Both the position numbers and the translations under genes were made by a program. A stretch of DNA of 43,859 bases from positions 1 through 43,859 of the IMG/VR virus record IMGVR_UViG_3300037483_000714. The stretch is one strand, 5' to 3'. Of the stretch, positions 28,901 through 35,347 are shown one piece after another. The stretch comes from a virus (taxonomy: Duplodnaviria > Caudoviricetes). Numbering within the stretch: position 1 is the stretch's first letter; the number at the start of each line of letters is the position of its first letter. The notes under the pieces are model-generated. The model did not search any database and was not told the origin of the DNA. It saw only the letters and a program-made list of their open reading frames with translations.

Positions 28901-28991
28901 CGGGGTCGAGACCCAGAACCTCGGGGTGGTCTACGCCACGGCGGACAGCGACGTGCCGGCGACGCCCGAGCTCACCGCGCAGGTCGTCTGA
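25974..28991 (+). CDS. Large tail/adhesin-like protein with internal repeats and C-terminal FN3-like domains
   Basis: 1005 aa; PDPPSGL...VSWTASPSADVASYRV, VRAVDADGNEE, LTDGVTYRFGVR. Confidence 0.75.
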   Translation: MADVAAHLAYPAEKVSAAERYRYAYGVFEALRLKHNTRAGDLGPEAVAFRAECMRHLRRAQADILALRPAVATPDWKGTKDDYADPALELAKAEGKSAQRDADLKSAIGVDLDAFRAIAELPPDPLEVFTSYTEVDETGCVTAATNTVTATGINRNEDSALYDDKGAGALTNFLHRLHFKPTWIAQNSACCSWAVSNVVNTSNYWKLNSSQALDFQVYSLAGSTYRADLRNEETDTYDRWSGPTNNTDYYPAAWKDGSTAGLDAYSDSDRTVLVDALTVTVVRERTYRYVFPLRSVDYNLNATMTLVSSNLDLQHTGHYYLDVDGDGATGQWTKNGAATSWECLEPDIYPPDVPNFAAGTSLTSNSNGQVVEMTLETFTLPAGTEATEIMFPVNCYASGAGGDNIQIQLYDGASWQAAQDLDPDTSYGWVYATFSGLHMDQTAVNAGQVRFISVIPIGGGVGIEAGPARVTVAAVEGESYEADVDGGVQLQVPGAVAGTQAHAADVDGGVQVQAPGAASGTQAHAADVDGGVQAQAPGDPSGQEDSGEVSADVDGGVQLQVPGQAGGTQAHAADVDGGVQLQAPGAAGGTQAHAADVDGGVQVQAPGDPSGQEDSEAVSADVDGGVQAQVPGDAEGHVEVALLLSVPVSTLRRLSWAMGGTVYVVIDGALAAESAEGYVDLAADVVARGILVAYAELFTPLPTPRDEVLLTVSGDPVLHHIERRPSGGSWGEIAAILGDSYRDGPLDDGDYDYRAVAEDEEGDEATGNTQSVTISSMPDPPSGLDYEWDGETQTLVVSWTASPSADVASYRVRSSAGDELLELTAAPVQESAGLTWTKVFTDETGQWIVNVRAVDADGNEEANISRTISLTFTAGLLVAAPVEPDSVCAVAASGGKIEVGWLYRPWKEAPPGTGAAYEARVYGDSGTGTVDWDTPLDTVLMDGPTSEAAYAWTSGALTDGVTYRFGVRIATAAWPDGVETQNLGVVYATADSDVPATPELTAQVV
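27417..27870 (+). repeat. Seven coding repeats ADVDGGVQxQxPG (22,22,25,22,22,25 aa plus a partial copy)
   Basis: Directly visible in DNA and protein. Confidence 0.92.
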
Positions 28992-29098
28992 GGCGGCCCA
29001 GCCGCCTGCGTGCGGGGTAAGTCAACGGCGGGCGGCCCGGCCGCCTGCGTGCAGGGTAAGTCGACGGCGGGCGGCCGAGCCGCCCGTGTGCATGGAAA
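28992..29098. repeat. 39-bp tandem repeat (3 copies) between convergent operons
   Basis: GGCGGC-N3-GCCGCC cores at 28992, 29031 and 29070. Confidence 0.85.
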
Positions 29099-29186
29099 GA
29101 GAGCGGCCGGGTCCTGCCTCCCACGGCCCGGTCGCGCGGCCGGCGCTGGCAAGCCTCACCAGCGCCCGGCCGCACGCTCCGTCGGA

Positions 29187-29387
29187 CTACGGCCGGGGCG
29201 CCGGTGCGGGGGCGGCGATCCAGGCTTCGAGCGCCCGGCGGCTTAGGCCGGTCGGCCGCATGCGGCCCTGCTTCCAGGCGTTCCAGGTCCCGAGGCTGAC
29301 GCCGACCTGCCGGGCGGCGGCCTCCTGGGACAACGGCGCCCGCCGCTTGCGGGCCTCCTCGGCTCGGACTACCAGATCATCAATCAT
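29187..29387 (-). CDS. XRE-family HTH regulator (Aca-like position)
   Basis: LSQEAAARQVGVSLGTWNAWKQGRMRP; GGAGGG RBS. Confidence 0.85.
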   Translation of the reverse strand: MIDDLVVRAEEARKRRAPLSQEAAARQVGVSLGTWNAWKQGRMRPTGLSRRALEAWIAAPAPAPRP

Positions 29388-29419
29388 CGTCCTACCCTCC
29401 GTTGGGACCCGTAGGCCGG

Positions 29420-29695
29420 TTAGTCCTGCGCATAATACCCGCGCTGCTCGTCGCCGTCGTGCGGTACGGTCAGCAGCCACACGTCCTCCGGCGGATACCA
29501 GGCGACCTGCCCGCAGACGTGCTCGCCACAGCAGCAGGTGGCCATCCCGCAGACCGCGCGGTTGAGGCTCCGCGCGACGCGCGCCGAGACGCGGACCTCA
29601 TCCCCCGCCTGGGCGTCGGCCGGGACGCGCGCCGCCAGGTTGGCTAGGCCGTGAAACCCGTTATGCGTCCACCGCACCAGTTGCGTCTTAGCCAT
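29420..29695 (-). CDS. Small hypothetical protein (91 aa)
   Basis: GGAGGG RBS; CGMATCCCGE motif. Confidence 0.7.
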   Translation of the reverse strand: MAKTQLVRWTHNGFHGLANLAARVPADAQAGDEVRVSARVARSLNRAVCGMATCCCGEHVCGQVAWYPPEDVWLLTVPHDGDEQRGYYAQD

Positions 29696-29707
29696 CGTGC
29701 GTCCCTC

Positions 29708-30301
29708 CTATCTGCGGCCGGCGCGCAGGGCGCCGGCCAATGTGTTGCGGAGCAGGCGGGCGGTCGTCGTCCGGCGGCTGCCGCTACGGTGTGCAAGCAA
29801 CACGTCCGGCTGGGTCCATCCACGATCATTGCTGCTCGGTAGATCGGCCATCGTGTCCGGGCTGGCGAGAAGAATGGTCACATCCGGCCGCGTCCGGTCC
29901 ATGTAGGCCGCGCGCTGCCAGCGCGTGCGGACGTGGTCGGCGATGCGGACGACCGATCCGCTGTCCAGGATCACATAGACCGCCCCGTCGGACTCGCCGA
30001 CAACCTGTCCGTGCAGGCGAGCCAGACGGACCACGGCCGCCAGCAGGCCGCTACCGGATGGCCTGGCGTGGCGGGACTCGTGTCCAGCCTCGCGCTGCTC
30101 GCGCGCAGCGGCGGGGCGGCGCGGCCGGAGCGTCCGGGGCGAGCGGACACCGAGGAGGCGGGCGGCGTCCTCGACACTCGCCGCGGGCGGCAGTATGACG
30201 ACCTGACCGCTCCGGTGCCACTCCTCGCCGTCCGGCGTCATCTGCCAGGGCAGCCACTCGTGGTGCAGCAGCAGATCCCGCGCCGGCTGGTCGCTGTCCA
30301 T
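29708..30301 (-). CDS. Hypothetical protein (197 aa)
   Basis: GGAGGG RBS; YVILDSGSVVRIADH motif. Confidence 0.65.
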   Translation of the reverse strand: MDSDQPARDLLLHHEWLPWQMTPDGEEWHRSGQVVILPPAASVEDAARLLGVRSPRTLRPRRPAAAREQREAGHESRHARPSGSGLLAAVVRLARLHGQVVGESDGAVYVILDSGSVVRIADHVRTRWQRAAYMDRTRPDVTILLASPDTMADLPSSNDRGWTQPDVLLAHRSGSRRTTTARLLRNTLAGALRAGRR

Positions 30302-30355
30302 CGTCCTGCCCTCCAGCCCGCCAGAGGCGGGCAAGTTGCGGCCCTTGCGGGCCGG

Positions 30356-30760
30356 TTAGTCCTGCTTGGTATACGGGGTGTTGTCCGGCCGCCCGGCCGC
30401 CCGATCATCCATCGCGGTCACGTCGCCAGCTCCGATCTGCGTCAGGAGGCTGTGACAGGCCGCGCAGTAGTAGGCGGTGACGCGGACTTGTCCGGCGCCC
30501 CAGGCAGCCCACTCCTGCTGATGGTAGGCCGTGGCACGGGCGATGGTGGCATGGCAGCGATCACACTGCACCTGCGGGTCCGGCTCGCGCGGCGGCAGGG
30601 TCACGTTCCGGTAGCTCAGGGGCGTCCCGCGACCGGCGGCCTGGGTGTCCGCGACGACCTGCCGCCACGCCGGCTCGGTCATGTGCCGGATGTGCGGATG
30701 CCGCACCGTCTCCACCAGTCCGTCTGGCCGGCGCACGGTTACGTCGCAATAGCTCTCCAT
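30356..30760 (-). CDS. Hypothetical protein with two CxxC motifs (134 aa)
   Basis: GGAGGG RBS; first gene after a consensus promoter. Confidence 0.7.
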   Translation of the reverse strand: MESYCDVTVRRPDGLVETVRHPHIRHMTEPAWRQVVADTQAAGRGTPLSYRNVTLPPREPDPQVQCDRCHATIARATAYHQQEWAAWGAGQVRVTAYYCAACHSLLTQIGAGDVTAMDDRAAGRPDNTPYTKQD

Positions 30761-30808
30761 CGTCCCACCCTCCGTACTGGTCCGTTGGTCCCTCGTAATC
30801 ATGTCCTT

Positions 30809-30836
30809 ATTATACCCCGTGTATATGGGCTGTCAA
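30809..30836 (-). promoter_or_regulatory. Consensus sigma70 promoter with overlapping dyad TATAC-N5-GTATA
   Basis: Minus strand TTGACA-N16-TATAAT in ~70% GC DNA; dyad at 30811-30825. Confidence 0.85.
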
Positions 30837-30918
30837 GCGGGGAAAGCGGAATTCCGGGCGGATTTCTGAGAAATTCCGGGGCGGCGCCGGGAGGGGTGAA
30901 ATAGGCTACCGTTTTTCG

Positions 30919-30948
30919 TTGACGCCGTGGACGGCTATCTGATACACT
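30919..30948 (+). promoter_or_regulatory. Putative promoter for the recombinase
   Basis: TTGACG-N18-TACACT with TGn extended -10. Confidence 0.5.
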
Positions 30949-31100
30949 ACCGCTAATCACTCTTTCCGGTAGCGGGTACGCTCCCCAGAAAGAGGCCAGA
31001 ATAGGCCCTAACGCCATGATACACCGGCAGTTACGACGCACCAGGCCGGGGCCGAAGGCCGGGCGCGGGGATTTTCGGTAGCCTTTAGGAGGGCTTTTCG

Positions 31101-31682
31101 ATGGCGCGGAAACGCAAGCTTCCGGCATGGCTCCAGCCGTCCGAAGTCGCGGCCCTGAAAGCGGTTCCGAACACCCGGTGTCCGACCGGACTGCGGAACA
31201 GGGCGGTCCTCGAAGTGCTCCACCTCATGGGGCTCCGCAACAGCGAGGTCTGCAACATCCGCCGGACGGACATCGGCTGGCGGAGCCGCAAGCTCATGGT
31301 GCGTGGCGGGAAAGGGGGGAAGGACCGCCCGTTACGCATCCCGCAGGTGGTCATGCCGTGGATGGAGGCCTGGGACGGCAGGCGTCACCGTGGGGCGGAG
31401 TTTTTCTTCTGCACCCTGGCCGGCGGCCAGTTGGACGGCCGTTACCTGCGGCAGCTCGTCCGGCGCCTGGCCGAGAAGGCCGGCGTCGAGCGGCCCGAGC
31501 GGGTTCACCCGCACGCCTTCCGGCACACCTTCGCTACGGAGACGCTGCGGCGGGGGGTCGACGTGCGGAAACTGCAGGTGATGTTGGGCCACGAGAACCT
31601 GGCGACGACGGAGCAGTATCTGCACGCGACCGAGGACGACGTTCTGGACGCGATGGACACGTTCGCCGACTTGGAGGAGTAG
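31101..31682 (+). CDS. Tyrosine recombinase, catalytic domain only (193 aa)
   Basis: GLRNSE, GKGGKDR, HPHAFRH, LGH and TTEQY motifs; AGGAGG RBS. Confidence 0.93.
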   Translation: MARKRKLPAWLQPSEVAALKAVPNTRCPTGLRNRAVLEVLHLMGLRNSEVCNIRRTDIGWRSRKLMVRGGKGGKDRPLRIPQVVMPWMEAWDGRRHRGAEFFFCTLAGGQLDGRYLRQLVRRLAEKAGVERPERVHPHAFRHTFATETLRRGVDVRKLQVMLGHENLATTEQYLHATEDDVLDAMDTFADLEE

Positions 31683-31692
31683 CCGGCGCCGC

Positions 31693-32196
31693 CTACTTGA
31701 CGATCCGCGGGCTGGCCCCGTCAAACTCGCCGAGGATCGAGTCGTCGCGGTAGGAGAGGACCCGCACGAAGGGCAGACCGCGTGCAGCCTCCATCGTGGT
31801 GCCCAGGCCGCACAGCACGTCGGCCTTCCCGTCGCGATCCATGGCGGCCCAGACGGCGGGTTCCATCCAGACTTTGCCGGCGTCCACGTCCCACCGGGCG
31901 ATTGCGCCTTGCGCCTGGGCCTGGGAAAGCAGGGCCACTGCCTGATCCCGCAACTCTGCCCTTGCCGCGGCCTGCTCCGGCGTCGGGGGAGGGGATGGCG
32001 CAAGGAGGGCGCCGCAGCCCCGCCAGATGAGCACGGTCGGAACGCCGACGAGGGCTAGGACCAACACGGCCACGATGGCCGAAGTGACCTGGTGCTCCCT
32101 CTTGCTCATGGCCGGATTCGAGGTGCCGCAGTGCGGGCACTTGGCCGCGCCGCTGCCGACCTGGCCGCCGCATTCCCGGCAGTTCTTCAGGGTCAT
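31693..32196 (-). CDS. Zinc-ribbon membrane-anchored protein
   Basis: CRECG...CPHCG followed by a TM helix and a soluble domain. Confidence 0.75.
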   Translation of the reverse strand: MTLKNCRECGGQVGSGAAKCPHCGTSNPAMSKREHQVTSAIVAVLVLALVGVPTVLIWRGCGALLAPSPPPTPEQAAARAELRDQAVALLSQAQAQGAIARWDVDAGKVWMEPAVWAAMDRDGKADVLCGLGTTMEAARGLPFVRVLSYRDDSILGEFDGASPRIVK

Positions 32197-32214
32197 GGAT
32201 GGGTCTCCCTCCTG

Positions 32215-32376
32215 TCAGTCGCGTTTGAGCCCTGTCACGGAAACACCGAGGGCCGTCAAGAGCACGGCCACGCCGAGGATGATGAGCGAGGGGCGGCGCT
32301 GGTAGGTCAACTCGGTGGCCAGGAACGAGCCGGCGCACGCCGCCGCCAGGATCCCGAGGAGGTTGCCTATTCGCAT
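32215..32376 (-). CDS. Small two-TM protein (53 aa; not in ORF track)
   Basis: MRIGNLLGILAAACAGSFLA...LIILGVAVLLTALGVSV. Confidence 0.55.
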   Translation of the reverse strand: MRIGNLLGILAAACAGSFLATELTYQRRPSLIILGVAVLLTALGVSVTGLKRD

Positions 32377-32385
32377 GCCGTCATC

Positions 32386-32748
32386 CTACTGCGGGTCGCG
32401 GCGGTCGTCAAGAGGTCTTTTCGCCCGCAACACCGACAGGCCGCCGACCAGTCGGGGATGGCCATCTCGGTTGACGCGGACCTCGCCCCTGTGGATGATG
32501 CCTGCGCGCGGGTCGACCTGGAACAGGTGGACGCGCCAACCTTTGCCCGCCAGCCATGCCATCTCGGCGTCGGCCGGACGCACGAAACGCCAGTCCTCGT
32601 GCCAGACGGCGGCGCCGTTGCGGTGGCCGTTCGGTCCGGGAGATCGCCGTTCGGAGGGATCGCACCAGACGAGGAGCCAGGCGTAGTCGAGAGGGAACAA
32701 CACGGTCTGTCGGGATGGGGCAACGCCCGGCGGCGGCGGTCGTGTCAT
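32386..32748 (-). CDS. Hypothetical protein
   Basis: First leftward ORF from the divergent control region; start uncertain. Confidence 0.4.
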   Translation of the reverse strand: MTRPPPPGVAPSRQTVLFPLDYAWLLVWCDPSERRSPGPNGHRNGAAVWHEDWRFVRPADAEMAWLAGKGWRVHLFQVDPRAGIIHRGEVRVNRDGHPRLVGGLSVLRAKRPLDDRRDPQ

Positions 32749-32825
32749 ATTGAGCCGCCGGGGGCAGAGCAATGGGCGTTCCGGCGCCTCAACCTGGGCC
32801 GCGGGAGAAAATTCGTGAAGAGCTA

Positions 32826-32880
32826 TTGACACGGGGGTGCTACCTGTGGTAAAAGGTGCTTCTGTGGGTGCAACATAATA
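32826..32880 (+). promoter_or_regulatory. Rightward early promoter region
   Basis: TTGACA at 32826, TAAAAG 18 nt later, repeated GGTGC(T/A) boxes. Confidence 0.5.
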
Positions 32881-32905
32881 TAGGACCTCGGCGTGCCGAG
32901 ACGAT

Positions 32906-32952
32906 GGGGCACTCACCCCGCGACGTTGCGGGCTGGGTGCCCCTTTTCTTTT
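32906..32952 (+). terminator. Intrinsic terminator-like hairpin in the early leader
   Basis: GGGGCACTCA...TGGGTGCCCC stem followed by TTTTCTTTT. Confidence 0.7.
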
Positions 32953-32969
32953 GGCGGAGGGTCGGCGCA

Positions 32970-33230
32970 ATGGACCGGACGAAGAGCCTGTGGACTATCG
33001 GGGATCTGATGGAGGAGACGCGGGCAATGGGCCTGCCCCTGCGCTACGGCGCCGTCTACCGGATGGTGCTCGATCTCGGCGTGACGGAGAGGATGGGGAC
33101 CGCCCTGGTCCTCGACCGGGCGGAGCACAAGCGCTGGCTGGCCATGATGGAGGAGCGGAAGGGCGATGCGCAGCGGCGGGAGGAGAAGGCCCGCGCCGAG
33201 GCCGAGGCGAGCAAGGAGGCTGGCCGATGA
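32970..33230 (+). CDS. Small putative DNA-binding protein
   Basis: First early gene; GGAGG RBS; wHTH-like spacing. Confidence 0.55.
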   Translation: MDRTKSLWTIGDLMEETRAMGLPLRYGAVYRMVLDLGVTERMGTALVLDRAEHKRWLAMMEERKGDAQRREEKARAEAEASKEAGR

Positions 33231-33451
33231 ACATGCTGCCTCCGGCTGTCGAGCCTGCGGAGCGCACGCCGGCGCCCGGGCGGGTGGTGGCGGAGATCCA
33301 GACCTCGCCTTGCCGCCAGTCGCTGGTGCTCTGCGGATGCGGGGAGCTGGTGAACCTGATCGCCTCGGCGCTGCCGGGCGCGTTCGGCCAGGGGGTCTGC
33401 CCGACGTGCGGGCGGCTGGTCGTGCTCTGCCCGGATAGGAGCGGCCGATGA
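33227..33451 (+). CDS. Small zinc-ribbon protein
   Basis: CGCG...CPTCG; ATGA coupling. Confidence 0.55.
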   Translation: MNMLPPAVEPAERTPAPGRVVAEIQTSPCRQSLVLCGCGELVNLIASALPGAFGQGVCPTCGRLVVLCPDRSGR

Positions 33452-33654
33452 ACGAGGGGCGGGCGGAGGTGGCGCGGCATCTGGGGGAGTTCTTCGGGCT
33501 GGTCGGGGCGGTGCCCGTGGCGGCTGGGCGCTACGCGCTGGTCGCGGTGGGGGCGCCGCTGCTCTGCTTCGTCTTCAGCCTCCTGGCGCGGGCGGGACAC
33601 GAGCAGGCGGGATGGCGGCTGCTGGAGAAGTTCTTCCACGGGGAGGGGACATGA
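33448..33654 (+). CDS. Small membrane protein
   Basis: Hydrophobic; coupled ORF. Confidence 0.45.
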   Translation: MNEGRAEVARHLGEFFGLVGAVPVAAGRYALVAVGAPLLCFVFSLLARAGHEQAGWRLLEKFFHGEGT

Positions 33655-34019
33655 CCAACGGGACAGACATGCCGGAGCGGCTGGAGGCTGTGGGCGCCGC
33701 GTTTCTGCAAGAACTCCGGGCGATGCACCGGCAGACCGAGGCTCGATTCATGCGGGAGTTGGACTGCATCCGCACGGAGCTTTGCCCGCCTCAGCCGGAG
33801 GACGATGCGTTGACGGCTGAAGAGGCTGGGCGCGTCGCCGGGATCAGCTACACGGGGATGCTCGCGCTCCTGTCTGCCGGCGTCGTGCCCGCGCGCACGG
33901 TCGGGCGCAAGGGGCGGGGGTGGCGTGTCAGTCGGGCCACGGCGGAGGCGGTAAAGGGGCAGCTGGATGCCCTGGCCAGGGAGCTGCGCGATGTCCCCAC
34001 GGGGAAGGAGAGGCCATGA
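33651..34019 (+). CDS. Excisionase-like HTH (HTH_17/MerR-type) protein
   Basis: LTAEEAGRVAGISY...GVVPARTVG....WRVSR. Confidence 0.7.
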   Translation: MTNGTDMPERLEAVGAAFLQELRAMHRQTEARFMRELDCIRTELCPPQPEDDALTAEEAGRVAGISYTGMLALLSAGVVPARTVGRKGRGWRVSRATAEAVKGQLDALARELRDVPTGKERP

Positions 34020-34252
34020 CGGCGAGCGATGCGGCGCGGGCGCGCAGGGAGTCGGCGGTGACGGACGTGCTGGAGCGGGTGCGCCAGGAGGTGGGGCGGC
34101 TGCCGGAGCGGCCGGCCACGGCGGAGGAGTTCTGGTGCCTGGTCTGGGACCAGACGCCGGAGACGCTGGACTTCGAGCAGCAGCCCATAGACGAGGCCCA
34201 ACGGTGCGCGCTGCGCATCGGGGCGCTCTGCGTGGCATGGCTGCTGAAATGA
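34016..34252 (+). CDS. Hypothetical protein
   Basis: AGGAGAGG RBS; coupled ORF. Confidence 0.55.
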   Translation: MTASDAARARRESAVTDVLERVRQEVGRLPERPATAEEFWCLVWDQTPETLDFEQQPIDEAQRCALRIGALCVAWLLK

Positions 34253-34264
34253 AAGGAGCACGGA

Positions 34265-34705
34265 ATGGGGAGTAATGGCAAGGTGCAGGTAGTCTGCGGA
34301 GTGGAGGACTGTCCGAAGCTGTTCGCCACCAGGGGGCGGCTCGTGAACCACCTGATGAAGGCGCACGGGCAGGGTGAGGCCGAGGCACAGGACGCGGCTG
34401 AGGCGACGTTCGAGTACGCCGTGGGAACGGCCCGCTACCGGGTTGAGGAGGCGCCGGCGGAGGCAGGCCCGGGCGACGTCGCCGACGGCCAGCTGCCGTC
34501 CGAGGTGCTCGTGATGTTCCGCCGCTTCCTGGAGGAGGAGAGCCTGACGCTGCGGCAGACGGCCAGCCTCCTGCTGGAGATGGGCAAGCTGCTGGAGAAG
34601 CACAACAAGGACTCCCGCGAGCTGCGCCGCGCCTACATCGAGGTGCGGGCCAAGCTCCAGCAGATCGAGAAGGAGCGGGCCGACACCGCGGGCACGGCGG
34701 CTTAG
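34265..34705 (+). CDS. C2H2 zinc-finger plus coiled-coil protein
   Basis: C-x4-C-x3-F-x5-L-x2-H-x4-H at the N-terminus; AAGGAG RBS. Confidence 0.72.
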   Translation: MGSNGKVQVVCGVEDCPKLFATRGRLVNHLMKAHGQGEAEAQDAAEATFEYAVGTARYRVEEAPAEAGPGDVADGQLPSEVLVMFRRFLEEESLTLRQTASLLLEMGKLLEKHNKDSRELRRAYIEVRAKLQQIEKERADTAGTAA

Positions 34706-34750
34706 GCAAGGCGCTCACCACACAGATCACAGAGGGCACAGAGGAAGGCT

Positions 34751-35266
34751 ATGAGCGGACTGGATGGGGTTGACCAAGTCACTTTGAGCACTCCGGCGCG
34801 GCCGGGACACCCGGCGCGATCCGTCACGATGACGGGCAAGCAGTTCAAGGCTATCAGCAAGCTGTCGGGAAAGGAGCTCGTGGCAATGGCGAAGAAGGCG
34901 GAGGTCGGCGTGGTGGACCCGGCGGCAGAGCGAGAGGCGGCGGCCTCCGATAGCCGGATCGAGGACGTATCGATCTCGACACGGGAGCGGATCGCGGACG
35001 GCGCCACGCTCCTGCACCGGCTGATGACGGTGAAGGAGGGGTTCGCGGCCTACGTCAAGCGCTGCGGGGAGCTGCAGAAGGAATACACAACCCTGACGCG
35101 CAAGGCGTGCGGCTACGCGCTGAGCGGCCGACAGCAGATGCTCTTTCCGGACGCGGGGTCGGCGACCCTGCGCATGGAGGGAGACGTGGTGGAGCTGCTG
35201 GAGCAGGCGCTCGCCGATGCGCTGCACCAGTTCGACCCGGAGGTGGATGCGAAGGAGGGCGCATGA
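34751..35266 (+). CDS. Hypothetical protein
   Basis: ORF with phage-like codon usage. Confidence 0.6.
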   Translation: MSGLDGVDQVTLSTPARPGHPARSVTMTGKQFKAISKLSGKELVAMAKKAEVGVVDPAAEREAAASDSRIEDVSISTRERIADGATLLHRLMTVKEGFAAYVKRCGELQKEYTTLTRKACGYALSGRQQMLFPDAGSATLRMEGDVVELLEQALADALHQFDPEVDAKEGA

Positions 35267-35347
35267 GGGCGGCCCGGCCGCCAGTGTGCGGGGCAAGACG
35301 TTGATCTACCACGAAGGCAGCCGGCCCAGCCGGCAGGGAGGCTATAG

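Noticed and set aside
24218-28991. Diversity-generating retroelement acting on tail genes
   Set aside because: No reverse transcriptase and no TR/VR pair differing at adenines were seen
28992-29098. Possible mini-CRISPR array or RNA anti-CRISPR downstream of the acr-like operon
   Set aside because: The whole 39-bp unit repeats, so there are no unique spacers; the same unit is protein-coding elsewhere; no cas genes are present
29010-29246. ORF 29010-29246 (+)
   Set aside because: Made of the 39-bp repeat, has no RBS, and overlaps the HTH gene on the other strand
29428-29668. dif-like half sites GCGCATAAT and TTATGCG
   Set aside because: They are about 230 bp apart and inside a coding region, not a 28-bp dif arrangement
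29187-31682. Integron (recombinase divergent from a cassette array)
   Set aside because: No IntI-specific insertion in the recombinase, and no RYYYAAC...GTTRRRY attC pairs after the genes
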